A DNA stretch of 54,818 bases from Minisyncoccota bacterium (GTDB lineage: Bacteria; Patescibacteriota; Minisyncoccia; Minisyncoccales; GBS-2), in contig CALHEE010000028.1 in NCBI GenBank assembly GCA_938023415.1, forward strand, positions 1 to 54,818, written 5' to 3'. Shown piece by piece: positions 17,281-26,662 of the stretch. Every line of letters starts with the position of its first letter. Position 1 is the first letter of the stretch. The position numbers and the translations under genes were made by a program. A model generated the notes under the pieces. The model was given only the letters and a program-made list of their open reading frames with translations. It ran no database searches and had not been told where the DNA came from.

Positions 17281-18384
17281 TCAAATTTTTCGGCAAACCT
17301 CAAGAATGGCTAATTCCAATGGTAACTGAGGAATAGGAGAATATTTCATTTTATTTTGGGCTTCCAAAAACAGATTAATCATTCTTTGAAGTTCTGATTC
17401 TTCTAAACTTACAATCTGGCCTTTTAATTTTTCTAACTCTTCTTTGGTAAAATTAGCAAAAATTAATTCATCTTCATCTTTGACCACTTTTAAAATTAAA
17501 GCATGGCGAAGATGATTGATTAAGAGGGTGACAAACTCCACCAGATCTATTCCTTTTTCGCTCATTTGGTTCAAATAATTAATCGCCTCAATAGCCCTTT
17601 TTTGAAAAAGAAAATCCAAAAATTCCCAAATCAATTTTCTATCTACTAATCCCAATAATTCTTCGACTGTTTTGGTTGTTATTTGACTATCTTTTCCGGC
17701 AAAAATTTGCACTTGATCTAATAGACTTTCCGCATCACGAATGGAACCACCAGATATTGAAGCAATAAGTTCCAAGGCGGATTTTTCAATTTTTATTCCT
17801 TCTTTTTCTCTAATAATTTCTAGTCTTTTCACAATCTCCTTTAAGGTGAGTTTTCGAAAATCAAATCTTTGACAGCGAGAAATAATAGTCGGGATCATTT
17901 TATGAATTTCGGTAGTAGCCAAAATAAAAATCACATGAGGAGGTGGTTCTTCAAGCATCTTTAAGAGAGCATTGGCTGCTTCTTTTGTCAATTGGTGTGA
18001 TTCATCAATAATGAAAACCTTATATTTTGATTTTGTGGGTGAAATTTTTAGTCCCTCTTTTAATTCTCTAATTTCATCAATTCCCCGATGAGAAGCAGCA
18101 TCAATTTCAATTATATCCATTGACCTTCCTTCCATAATTTCTAAACAAGAAGAACATTGATTACATGGTTCAAACTCCCCCTCTTTTCTTTTTTGACAAT
18201 TAAGAGACTTGGCCAATAATCTGGCTACGGTCGTTTTTCCGCTCCCCCTGGGTCCAGCAAATAAATATGCATGAGAAATTGTTCCCCGGGCAATGGCATT
18301 TGTCAAAGTTTGAATGACATGTTCTTGGCCGATCACCTCGGAAAAAGTTTGAGGACGATATTTTCGATATAAAACTAGTGACAT
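17281..18384 (-). CDS. dnaX: DNA polymerase III subunit gamma/tau (short form)
   Basis: LYRKYRPQTFSEVIGQEHV, GPRGSGKTT, a Zn module (CQKRKEGEFEPCNQCSSC), and SRCQRF. Confidence 0.9.
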   Translation of the reverse strand: MSLVLYRKYRPQTFSEVIGQEHVIQTLTNAIARGTISHAYLFAGPRGSGKTTVARLLAKSLNCQKRKEGEFEPCNQCSSCLEIMEGRSMDIIEIDAASHRGIDEIRELKEGLKISPTKSKYKVFIIDESHQLTKEAANALLKMLEEPPPHVIFILATTEIHKMIPTIISRCQRFDFRKLTLKEIVKRLEIIREKEGIKIEKSALELIASISGGSIRDAESLLDQVQIFAGKDSQITTKTVEELLGLVDRKLIWEFLDFLFQKRAIEAINYLNQMSEKGIDLVEFVTLLINHLRHALILKVVKDEDELIFANFTKEELEKLKGQIVSLEESELQRMINLFLEAQNKMKYSPIPQLPLELAILEVCRKI

Positions 18385-18387
18385 TTA

Positions 18388-19032
18388 TTAATCTTGAATT
18401 TGTTTTTTAAAAACGATGAATTTATAGCCGAGAAAGTTCCAAAACATCACGATCAAGGTAGCAAAAATTTTCACGAGATTCAACCAGGCACCAGCAGAAA
18501 GGTTCGCTAATGGCAAAAAAATAGTGGTTCCCAAAAAAACAACGCCAGTATTAATTCCCAATCCAATAGCACTGATGACGACAAAAGAGAGAAATTCTTT
18601 TTTGACCATTTTCATTCCTCGTTTAAATGTCCAAAATTTATTCCAATAGTAAGAATTGGTCACTGCTACTAAAAATGAGGTGGCGTTCATGGGAATTAAA
18701 TACAAACCAGAAGTAATCCCTGTCAGTCCAGTTAAAAGATTCAAAACACCCATATCAACGAAGGTGTTTAAAATACCTATTTCTACGAATTTGGCAAATT
18801 GGAAAATTGGCTGAAAAATTTTTTCAAAGAATTTAGCTCCAATAATGCCCATCAAAAAAATTAAAGGAAAAACAATGGGTAAAAAAAAGAGAAATCTTTT
18901 TATCTGGGCCAAGTTTTCAAACTCTTTAACATAAGGATTTTTAATAATAAAAATCAAAAACCAACTGGCGATTTCTCCAGAGAGAAAACTTAAAACAATA
19001 TCTTTTTTGAAAGACTCATTCTTTTTTTCCAT
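18388..19032 (-). CDS. GtrA-like membrane protein
   Basis: The C-terminal half follows the GtrA pattern (NSYYWNKFWTFK...FLGYKFIVFK). The start is set at M29; the ORF extends to 19116. Confidence 0.55.
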   Translation of the reverse strand: MEKKNESFKKDIVLSFLSGEIASWFLIFIIKNPYVKEFENLAQIKRFLFFLPIVFPLIFLMGIIGAKFFEKIFQPIFQFAKFVEIGILNTFVDMGVLNLLTGLTGITSGLYLIPMNATSFLVAVTNSYYWNKFWTFKRGMKMVKKEFLSFVVISAIGLGINTGVVFLGTTIFLPLANLSAGAWLNLVKIFATLIVMFWNFLGYKFIVFKKQIQD

Positions 19033-19567
19033 TTTTAAAAAAATGAAACAACAAATAAAAAGAGAAAAGCAAAAAAAGGGTAAAAAGTAAACCTGACCAT
19101 CCAAAATATTTTTCAATAGCTATTCCTGCTTGAGTAAGGCTCAAAACTACCCCCCCTGCCAACATTACTCCTAAAGCAATTGAAAAAAAGGCAGTTTTAA
19201 AAGGAATGCCAAATAAAAAAGCAATGAGGGCAGCTGTCCAGCCTCCCGTAAGGGGAAAAGGAAGGGCGACAAAACCAATTAGCGTTAACCAACCATATTT
19301 TTTCATTAAAGAACTATATTTCTCTCTCGTCCTTTTGAAAATCCAGGAAAAAAACCGTTGAAAAATTTGAAAATTTCTCGAAAGCCAAAGGGAAATTGGA
19401 CCTAAAAACTTTAAAATGAAAAAAACAGGGATTAAGTTTCCTAATACCGAAATAAAGTAGGCCGAAAGCCAATTAAGACGGTAAAGAGTAATCGCCAAGG
19501 GAAGGGCAACCCGGAGTTCTCCTATTGGAAACATTGCCAAAAAAAGTGTTTGCCATTCTTGATTCAT
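19016..19567 (-). CDS. Small multidrug-export-like membrane protein (COG2426 type)
   Basis: FLAMFPIGELRVALPLAI is characteristic of this family. 183 aa, about 5 TM helices. Confidence 0.55.
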   Translation of the reverse strand: MNQEWQTLFLAMFPIGELRVALPLAITLYRLNWLSAYFISVLGNLIPVFFILKFLGPISLWLSRNFQIFQRFFSWIFKRTREKYSSLMKKYGWLTLIGFVALPFPLTGGWTAALIAFLFGIPFKTAFFSIALGVMLAGGVVLSLTQAGIAIEKYFGWSGLLFTLFLLFSFYLLFHFFKNGKKE

Positions 19568-19627
19568 AATTATGACATTTTACCATATGCTTATCTGAAA
19601 ATCAAAAATCTGTTAAAATGATGTAAT

Positions 19628-21031
19628 ATGCTTAAACTTTATAATTCTCTCTCAAGAAAAAAGGAATTTTTTAGGCCAAGAAAAGGAAAAAAGGTCAATC
19701 TTTTTGTCTGTGGGCCAACCGTTTATGACTTTGCTCATATTGGTCACGCCAGAACTTATATTGTTTTTGATATGATCGCAAAATATTTAAAGCAAAAAGG
19801 CTATCAGGTTTTTTATTTACAAAATATCACCGACATTGATGACAAGATTATTAAGAGGGCAAAAGAAGAAGGGGTTTTTTGGAAAGATCTCTCTAGAAAA
19901 TATGAAAGAGAATATTTAAAAGATATGAAGGCGCTCAATGTCAACAGTGTAAACAAATATGCTCGGGCGACAGCTCATATCAAAGAAGTTATCAGTCAGG
20001 TTAAAAGATTATTAAAAAAGGATTTCGCCTACCAAATCACAGATGGAATTTATTATGACATTTCGAAATTCAAAGACTATGGAAAGCTTTCAGGAAGAAC
20101 GGTTTTGCAAGCAGAAGATGCTATCTCTCGAATCGATGAAGCCATCGGGAAAAAGAACAAGGGGGACTTTTGTCTTTGGAAGTTTTCAAAAGAAGATGAA
20201 CCAAAATGGAAAAGCCCCTGGGGTTGGGGAAGGCCTGGTTGGCATATTGAAGATACAGCCATTACAGAAAAATATTTTGGGCCCCAATATGACATTCATG
20301 GTGGCGGTAGAGATTTAATTTTTCCCCATCATGAAGCAGAAATTTGCCAAATGGAATCAATTTCTGGAAAGAAACCAATGGTAAAATTTTGGCTTCATAC
20401 AGGATTTTTAACGGTGAGAGGAGAAAAGATGTCAAAATCTTTGAATAATTTTGTTACCATCAGAGATTTTTTAAAGAAATATTCTCCTCGCCTCTTAAGA
20501 TTTTTTGTTCTTTCGACCCACTATCGTTCACCCATTGATTATAGTGAAGAGACAATAAAGCAGATGAAAAATCAGTTAGAAAGACTTGATGATTTTATTG
20601 AGAAGCTGAGTTCTTTAAAGAAAAATTCATCAAAAACCAAAAAGATCACATCTCTTATGAAAGAGGTGGAAAAAGAATTTAATGAGGCAATGGAAGACGA
20701 TTTTAATACCCCAAGGGCAATAGGAGCTGTTTTTAAGCTAATAACCAAGGTCAATTCTCTCTTGGCTAAAGGTAAATTAACTTATTTTCAAGGAAAAAAA
20801 ATTCTAAAATTTTTAAAAAAAGTTGATCAGTTTTTCAATTTCATTTTCTTGGGAAGAAAAAAAAGAATAAAAATTCCCCTAGAAATCAAAAAAATGGTTC
20901 AAGAAAGAGAAAAAGCTCGTAAGGAAAAAAACTGGAAACTAGCTGATGAAATCAGAGAGAAAATTAAGGCCTTAGGTTATCAAATTGAAGACACAAAAGA
21001 AGGTCCTCGGATAAAACCTATCGAAAGTTAA
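19628..21031 (+). CDS. cysS: Cysteine--tRNA ligase
   Basis: HIGHARTY and KMSKS motifs. CGPTVYD. 467 aa. Confidence 0.92.
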   Translation: MLKLYNSLSRKKEFFRPRKGKKVNLFVCGPTVYDFAHIGHARTYIVFDMIAKYLKQKGYQVFYLQNITDIDDKIIKRAKEEGVFWKDLSRKYEREYLKDMKALNVNSVNKYARATAHIKEVISQVKRLLKKDFAYQITDGIYYDISKFKDYGKLSGRTVLQAEDAISRIDEAIGKKNKGDFCLWKFSKEDEPKWKSPWGWGRPGWHIEDTAITEKYFGPQYDIHGGGRDLIFPHHEAEICQMESISGKKPMVKFWLHTGFLTVRGEKMSKSLNNFVTIRDFLKKYSPRLLRFFVLSTHYRSPIDYSEETIKQMKNQLERLDDFIEKLSSLKKNSSKTKKITSLMKEVEKEFNEAMEDDFNTPRAIGAVFKLITKVNSLLAKGKLTYFQGKKILKFLKKVDQFFNFIFLGRKKRIKIPLEIKKMVQEREKARKEKNWKLADEIREKIKALGYQIEDTKEGPRIKPIES

Positions 21032-22262
21032 ATATTTTTCTTGACCACTTCAAAAGGTCTTTTTGTGCCATTTTTTCTATTTTTTCTAATATTCTTGGGA
21101 AAGATAATTTTTTATTTTTTTCTCGATATTTTTGACAAAGTCGATAAAAATCTAATACTCGCTCGGCAATCTTTGACCAAGAATATTTTTCTGCCTCCCT
21201 TCTCCCCCACCGACCCATTTCCTCTCTTAATTTTGGATTTTTGATTAAAACTTCTATTTTTTTTGCCAGATCATGATAGTCTTTTGGTCTTGCCAAAAAT
21301 CGTTCTCCCTTACTATTTTTTAACACTGCCTTATATCCTTCGTTGGCAAAAGCCACCACCGGCTTTCCAGAAGCCATCGCTTCTAATAAGACGATACCAA
21401 AACTTTCACCAAAAATTGAAGGAGCAATAAAGATGTCAGCGGTAGAATAGTAAGAGGGAATCTCTTTTCCTGTTTTTTCGCCCTCAAAATACACATCTTT
21501 TAAATTGTTTTTATTTTTGAATTCTTCACACTTTTTTCTTTCCGGACCATCTCCCACGACAATTAATCGCAAGTGCGAAAATTTTTTACTGAGAATTTTA
21601 AAGGCCTTCAACAAATAAATCAAACCTTTTCTTTCTTCTATCCGACCTACAAAGAGTAAATTTATTTTTTTATCACAAAATTTTTTTATTTTTGGAATTT
21701 TGGGATGAAATTCTGTGAGCTCTATTCCGTTGGGAATGATGGCCTTTGGTTTTTTAAAATCTTCCAACCCTAATAAGGCCACCGGAGAGACGCCAATCAC
21801 TCCATCAATCCGCCATTGAATAATTATCTTGCAAAGGCCAAAATAAACTTGAAAACTAACTTGATTAATCATTTTCTCTAAATTCGCATGAATGGTCAAA
21901 ATATTGAGAGTCTCTCTTGAAAAAGGGCTGGCTAAAATCTGAAAACTAAAAGGTAAAACGAAATTATGAAAATGTAACACGCTAAATTTTTCTTTTTTGA
22001 GTGTTTGATCAATTGAGAGGGGATTAAAGTTAATGTCGAGGTCCACTTGATTGCCCGCTAAATATAAAGGAATAGAAGTTCCTAATAAAATGATTTCTTC
22101 TCCATAATTTTCTTTCCAAGATCTGCGGGGGACGATCACTTTTGTCTGAATATCCATTTTTTTGAATTCTCTTTGAAGGCCTAGGATGTGATTTTGAACC
22201 CCCCCAGGTTTTGAAAAAGAGTGAGAAGAAATGAGAGCAATTTTCAAATCTTTCTTTTCCAT
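21018..22262 (-). CDS. GT4-family glycosyltransferase, PimA-like
   Basis: The N-terminus SHSFSKPGGVQNHILGL resembles PYSFDVPGGVQSHVLQL of PimA. IPNGIE, LFVGRIEERKG and GESFGIVLLEAMASGKPVV are also present. Confidence 0.65.
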   Translation of the reverse strand: MEKKDLKIALISSHSFSKPGGVQNHILGLQREFKKMDIQTKVIVPRRSWKENYGEEIILLGTSIPLYLAGNQVDLDINFNPLSIDQTLKKEKFSVLHFHNFVLPFSFQILASPFSRETLNILTIHANLEKMINQVSFQVYFGLCKIIIQWRIDGVIGVSPVALLGLEDFKKPKAIIPNGIELTEFHPKIPKIKKFCDKKINLLFVGRIEERKGLIYLLKAFKILSKKFSHLRLIVVGDGPERKKCEEFKNKNNLKDVYFEGEKTGKEIPSYYSTADIFIAPSIFGESFGIVLLEAMASGKPVVAFANEGYKAVLKNSKGERFLARPKDYHDLAKKIEVLIKNPKLREEMGRWGRREAEKYSWSKIAERVLDFYRLCQKYREKNKKLSFPRILEKIEKMAQKDLLKWSRKIFNFR

Positions 22263-22348
22263 CTTTTAATTATAAATCAAAATAGTAAAAAGGAAAAAAC
22301 TTTCTTGACATTGCCAAAGCCTCTTTCTTATTTTATACTAAATAAGAT

Positions 22349-23707
22349 ATGGCCAATGCCTTACCAGAAAAATTGCCTCCCCAAGCCATTGATGTGGAAA
22401 AATCACTTTTGGGTTGTCTTTTGTTAGATAAAAATGCCATTTTGAAGATAGTAGATTTTTTATTTCCAGAGGACTTTTATCTAAAAGACCATCAAGAAAT
22501 CTATTTGGCTTGTCGAGAAATTTTTGAAAAAGGAGAGCCCATCGATCTTCTTTCAGTTTCTAACCGCTTGCGAGAAAAAAATCTTTTAGAAGAAGTAGGG
22601 GGCACAAGCTATTTAACAGAATTGGTCAACTCGGTGCCTACCCCCAGCCATGTTTTAAATTATGCCAAAATCGTTCAAAGAAAAAGAATTTTGCGCGATT
22701 TGATTAGTGCCAGCCAAGAAATTGGAGAGTTGGCCTACAATGAGAGCGAAGATATCAATGTGATTTTGGATCGGGCAGAAAAAAGAATTTTTAGTATTGC
22801 CCAAAAAGGCTTTACTAGCGAATTCTTACCAGTAAAAGCTGATTTAGAAGCTGCTTTCCAGAGGATAGATCTTTTGTCAAAGGGAGGAGAAAAATTGAGA
22901 GGCTTGCCTACTGGCTTTGTTGATCTGGATAATATTTTAGCTGGTCTTCAAAATTCTGATCTGATCATTTTAGCTGCCAGACCATCTTTGGGAAAAAGTG
23001 CTTTGGCCTTAAACATTGCCGCCAACATTGCCATCAACCAAAAGGTCCCAGTGGGAATTTTTTCTTTAGAAATGTCACGGGATCAACTGGTAGATAGATT
23101 GATTGCCTCTATTGCCAATGTAGATCTATGGAGATTGAGAACAGGAAGACTTTCTGCGGAAGGTGAAGAGAACGATTTTGTCAGAATCCGTAATGCTTTA
23201 GACATTTTATCTGATGCCCCCATCTATATCGACGATGCTACTGCCACCAATGTTTTGCAAATGAAAGCGATGGCTAGGAGATTACAAGCAGAAAAAGGTT
23301 TGGGATTGCTAATTATTGATTATCTTCAGTTGATGGAACCACTCAATCCCAATGCCTCTCCTGTTCAACAAGTCTCCGAAAATTCACGAGCTCTTAAATC
23401 ATTAGCCAAAGAATTGAACATTCCCGTCCTGGTTATCTCTCAATTGTCGCGGGCAGTAGAACAAAGATCTCCTCAAATTCCGAGACTTTCTGATTTAAGA
23501 ATGAGTGGAACGATTGAACAAGACAGCGATGTTGTCCTATTCATTTATCGGGAGGACCGCTATCAACCAGATACTCCTAGAAAGGGTATTGCCGATATTA
23601 TTGTGGCCAAACATCGTAATGGACCGGTGGGAAAAGTAGAACTCTATTTTGACGAAAGAACAGTGAGCTTTAGAAATTTAGAAAAAGGATTTGGATTTGA
23701 AGAATAA
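22349..23707 (+). CDS. dnaB: Replicative DNA helicase
   Basis: PPQAIDVEKSLLGCLL, Walker A ARPSLGKSA, and IIDYLQLM. Confidence 0.92.
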   Translation: MANALPEKLPPQAIDVEKSLLGCLLLDKNAILKIVDFLFPEDFYLKDHQEIYLACREIFEKGEPIDLLSVSNRLREKNLLEEVGGTSYLTELVNSVPTPSHVLNYAKIVQRKRILRDLISASQEIGELAYNESEDINVILDRAEKRIFSIAQKGFTSEFLPVKADLEAAFQRIDLLSKGGEKLRGLPTGFVDLDNILAGLQNSDLIILAARPSLGKSALALNIAANIAINQKVPVGIFSLEMSRDQLVDRLIASIANVDLWRLRTGRLSAEGEENDFVRIRNALDILSDAPIYIDDATATNVLQMKAMARRLQAEKGLGLLIIDYLQLMEPLNPNASPVQQVSENSRALKSLAKELNIPVLVISQLSRAVEQRSPQIPRLSDLRMSGTIEQDSDVVLFIYREDRYQPDTPRKGIADIIVAKHRNGPVGKVELYFDERTVSFRNLEKGFGFEE

Positions 23708-23728
23708 AAGATAATTTTTAATTTCAAC

Positions 23729-24325
23729 TTGTACTCTCACTCTATTCAAAAGTTAATCGATCTGTTTTCCAAATTTCCAACCGTTGGGCCAAAAACGGCT
23801 GCTCGGTTTGTTTTTTATTTAATCAACAGATCTAACCAAGAGGTGGAAGAGTTAATTAAGGCAATTTCTGAACTAAAAAAGAGAATCAAAAAATGTCTTT
23901 TGTGTTTTAATTCATTTGAAGGAGAAGGTAGGTTATGTCAAATTTGTAGTAGTTCTTTCCGCGACAAAAGCTTGCTCTGTGTGGTTGCTACTGAAATTGA
24001 CCTGCAGGCTTTAGAGAAAACAAAAAAGTATAAAGGACTGTATTTTGTCTTAGGAGGAACAATTTCACGACTTAAAAGAGAGGAAATTGAAAAATTAAAA
24101 ATTAAAGAATTAGAAAAAAGAGTAAAAACTGATCAGAAAATAAAAGAAATCATTTTAGCATTAAACCCAACCCCCGATGGAGAGGCAACGATTTTATATC
24201 TCAAAAGAAAATTAGCTCCTTATGGAAAAAAAATTACCCAGCTTAGTCGAGGCCTGCCTACCGGCGGAGAGTTAGAATATGCTGATGAAGAAACGCTCAT
24301 TTCTGCTCTGGAAAACCGAAAATGA
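23729..24325 (+). CDS. recR: Recombination protein RecR
   Basis: LIDLFSKFPTVGPKTAARFVFYL (HhH), a C4 zinc finger (CLLC...CQIC), and a Toprim segment. The start codon is TTG. Confidence 0.88.
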   Translation: MYSHSIQKLIDLFSKFPTVGPKTAARFVFYLINRSNQEVEELIKAISELKKRIKKCLLCFNSFEGEGRLCQICSSSFRDKSLLCVVATEIDLQALEKTKKYKGLYFVLGGTISRLKREEIEKLKIKELEKRVKTDQKIKEIILALNPTPDGEATILYLKRKLAPYGKKITQLSRGLPTGGELEYADEETLISALENRK

Positions 24326-24359
24326 GAAAATTTTTAACTTTTTTTCTCAAATTAAAAAA

Positions 24360-24671
24360 TTAGGTTTTAATTTCGGTAATTTCTACTAAGGTAAATGGTT
24401 GCCGGTGACCTTTTTTTCGTTTTTGACGAGTCTTTCTTTTATATTTGAAAACAATCTTTTTCTTTTCTTTCCCTTGGGCAATAATTTTTCCAACGACTAC
24501 TGCTCCCTCTACTAGCGGAGTGCCAATTTCTACCTTATTATTTTTTTTAAGAAGCAAAACATCTGAGAAAAAAATTGTTTCCCCAATTTTTTTATCGATT
24601 TTTTCAATTTTTATTTTATCTCCGGGGGCAACTAAATATTGTTTGCTTCCAATTTTAATTACCGCGATCAT
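24360..24671 (-). CDS. rplU: 50S ribosomal protein L21
   Basis: MIAVIKIGSKQYLVAPGDKIKIEK and the basic tail KYKRKTRQKRKKGHRQP. The start is set at M13; the ORF extends to 24707. Confidence 0.88.
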   Translation of the reverse strand: MIAVIKIGSKQYLVAPGDKIKIEKIDKKIGETIFFSDVLLLKKNNKVEIGTPLVEGAVVVGKIIAQGKEKKKIVFKYKRKTRQKRKKGHRQPFTLVEITEIKT

Positions 24672-24675
24672 ATTT

Positions 24676-25653
24676 TTAGTGGGAAGGTAATTCTTCCCTA
24701 CTTTCAAATTTAGTTAATTTTTCTACCCGATCAGCAAACAAAGAAAGTCGTTTTTCTGCTCCTTCATAAGAAGCGGTAGCATTCCTGAGATGGAGGCCCA
24801 ATTTTCGAAAATCCTCCATTAACTTTTCCGCATCGGTTTGAAGTCGGTCTAATCTTTTTAAAATTTCCTGAGTTTGGCGGGAAATCTGAATATCTCTAAA
24901 CCAATCAATAATCGTTCTCAAGGTTAAATAAATGGTATTTGGTGAAACAAGGACTACCTTTTTGCTCCGTGCATAGCTGGCGATGTCTTCATCCTTCAGG
25001 TTGAACATTATCTCATAAAAAATTGCTTCTGCGGGTATGAACATTAGGGCAAAGTCCACCGTTCCCTCTGCTGGGACAATATATTTTGATGCAATGGTTT
25101 GGATATTATTTTTTATATCTTGGATTAACCTTTTGCGGAAAAAATCAGCCTCCTCTTCTGTCCTTGCTGTTTTTATTTTTTCGAAATTTTCAGAAAAAAA
25201 TTTAGCATCGATGGGAAGAATTTTTTTATTGGGCAATTTTAACGCAAATTCCACCTGGGCTCCAGAAGAAAATGAAAAATTTTTAATATAGAACTCTTTC
25301 GGAAAATATTCACTCAACAAATATTCCAAATTTGCCTCTCCCCATTCCCCTCTTAATTTTGGGGTCTTAAAAATCTCTTGAAAGGAAGAAATACTTCTCA
25401 TTTCTTGCTGAAGTTGACTGAGTTGTTCTCTCATTTGCACGCTTTCTTTGGTAAAAGAAGAGATCTGCTGATACATTGCCTGAGAGGTATGATCGACGCT
25501 ACCTTTAATTTGCAACACTAAATCGGTCACCCGTCTTTCTAAATCTCTAAGAGCTTCTGACTGTTTTTCGTCGGTTTTCCATTTCTTTATCAGCAAGAAA
25601 AAAAATACGCTAAATATTATAACCAAAATCGCTCCAAAAATAAAGTCATTCAT
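24676..25653 (-). CDS. rmuC: DNA recombination protein RmuC
   Basis: N-terminal TM helix plus coiled coil. KLRGEWGE, LPIDAKF, FALMFIPAE and VLVSPNT are RmuC nuclease-domain motifs. Confidence 0.8.
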   Translation of the reverse strand: MNDFIFGAILVIIFSVFFFLLIKKWKTDEKQSEALRDLERRVTDLVLQIKGSVDHTSQAMYQQISSFTKESVQMREQLSQLQQEMRSISSFQEIFKTPKLRGEWGEANLEYLLSEYFPKEFYIKNFSFSSGAQVEFALKLPNKKILPIDAKFFSENFEKIKTARTEEEADFFRKRLIQDIKNNIQTIASKYIVPAEGTVDFALMFIPAEAIFYEIMFNLKDEDIASYARSKKVVLVSPNTIYLTLRTIIDWFRDIQISRQTQEILKRLDRLQTDAEKLMEDFRKLGLHLRNATASYEGAEKRLSLFADRVEKLTKFESREELPSH

Positions 25654-25705
25654 TAAACGATCTTACCATTTTATCAAATCGTTGTCAAAACTTTTTCTCT
25701 TTTCA

Positions 25706-26659
25706 TTATCTCACCAAAATTTCCAAGAATGCAAAACAAAAATAAAGGAAAAGTAAAAAAAGGGCTTCTCTTTTTGTAATCTTTCGATCGGTCCGAACGA
25801 AAAAAAAGAAAAAGAGGGCAGAGATGACGAGAAACAATCGAGCAATCAAAAGAGATGAGGAATGAAAAATTCGAATAGGTTCCATCAACGAGACAACACC
25901 CAACACCAAAGTAGAAGTAATAATTACCCCCCCGATCAAATCCCCCAGAATAAACCAGTCTTGACTTTTTCGGGCTGCCTGTAAAATAAAAACCAATTCA
26001 GGAAGATTGTTGCCTAGGGCAACAAAAAAGATTCCCACTAAAACTAAATTAATTTTAAAATACTCTCCGAAAAAACGAGCCGACTTTACTACCCCGCTAG
26101 CTGAAGCTAAAACAAGAAAAATTGCTAATACCAAAAAGAATAAATTCTTGAAAAAAAATTTTCTTGTGGGTACTTCTGAAATATGGTCGTAAATCTTACT
26201 AAACCTTTCTCTCTTGAGAAAAAGCCAAAAAAGATAAACAAAAAAACAAACTAAAAGCAAAACTCCGTCTTCTCTTCCCAATTGATTATCCATGGCCAAA
26301 ATCACAGGTAAAAAGGCAATCAAAAGAGTAAACATTGAGCTTGTCTGGACCGTCCGGCTGGGAGCAGAGAGACCAGCTTTTGAAATCAAGGCCCCAATAG
26401 CTACCAAAAGGGTCATTGCCACCACATTTCCCCCAATGACATCACCAAAAGAAAGTTCTGGTACCTTGTTTAAAGCAGAAATTATTCCCACAAAAAAATT
26501 GGGAACGGAAACGGAAAAAGCGATAAAGAAAAAAGCGACAACAAATTCTTTCCAGCCCAAAAACTTGGCAATTTTTGAGAGAGAATCACAGAGCCATTTT
26601 CCAGCCAAAACAAGCAAGAAAGAAGAAATAAGAAAAATTAAAAGATATTGAATTAACAT
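25706..26659 (-). CDS. Ca2+/cation antiporter (CaCA, YrbG-like sodium/calcium exchanger family)
   Basis: Two alpha-repeat motifs (GDVIGGNV and GDLIGG) in a protein of about 10 TM helices. Confidence 0.75.
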   Translation of the reverse strand: MLIQYLLIFLISSFLLVLAGKWLCDSLSKIAKFLGWKEFVVAFFFIAFSVSVPNFFVGIISALNKVPELSFGDVIGGNVVAMTLLVAIGALISKAGLSAPSRTVQTSSMFTLLIAFLPVILAMDNQLGREDGVLLLVCFFVYLFWLFLKRERFSKIYDHISEVPTRKFFFKNLFFLVLAIFLVLASASGVVKSARFFGEYFKINLVLVGIFFVALGNNLPELVFILQAARKSQDWFILGDLIGGVIITSTLVLGVVSLMEPIRIFHSSSLLIARLFLVISALFFFFFVRTDRKITKREALFLLFLYFCFAFLEILVR

Positions 26660-26662
26660 ACT

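Noticed and set aside
22300-22345. dnaB promoter (TTGACA at 22304 with TATACT downstream)
   Set aside because: The spacing between the good -35 box and the best -10 box is too long (more than 20 nt). The 17-nt alternative has a poor -10 box (TTATTT). The support is not strong enough to list it as a feature.
26292-26651. Long antisense ORFs inside membrane or surface protein genes (26292-26651, 26907-27230, 36163-36483, 53413-53778 and similar)
   Set aside because: Each lies fully inside a longer ORF with clear family motifs, either on the opposite strand or, for 26907-27230, in another frame of the same strand. Their composition mirrors the other frame of AT-rich coding sequence, and they have no independent signals.
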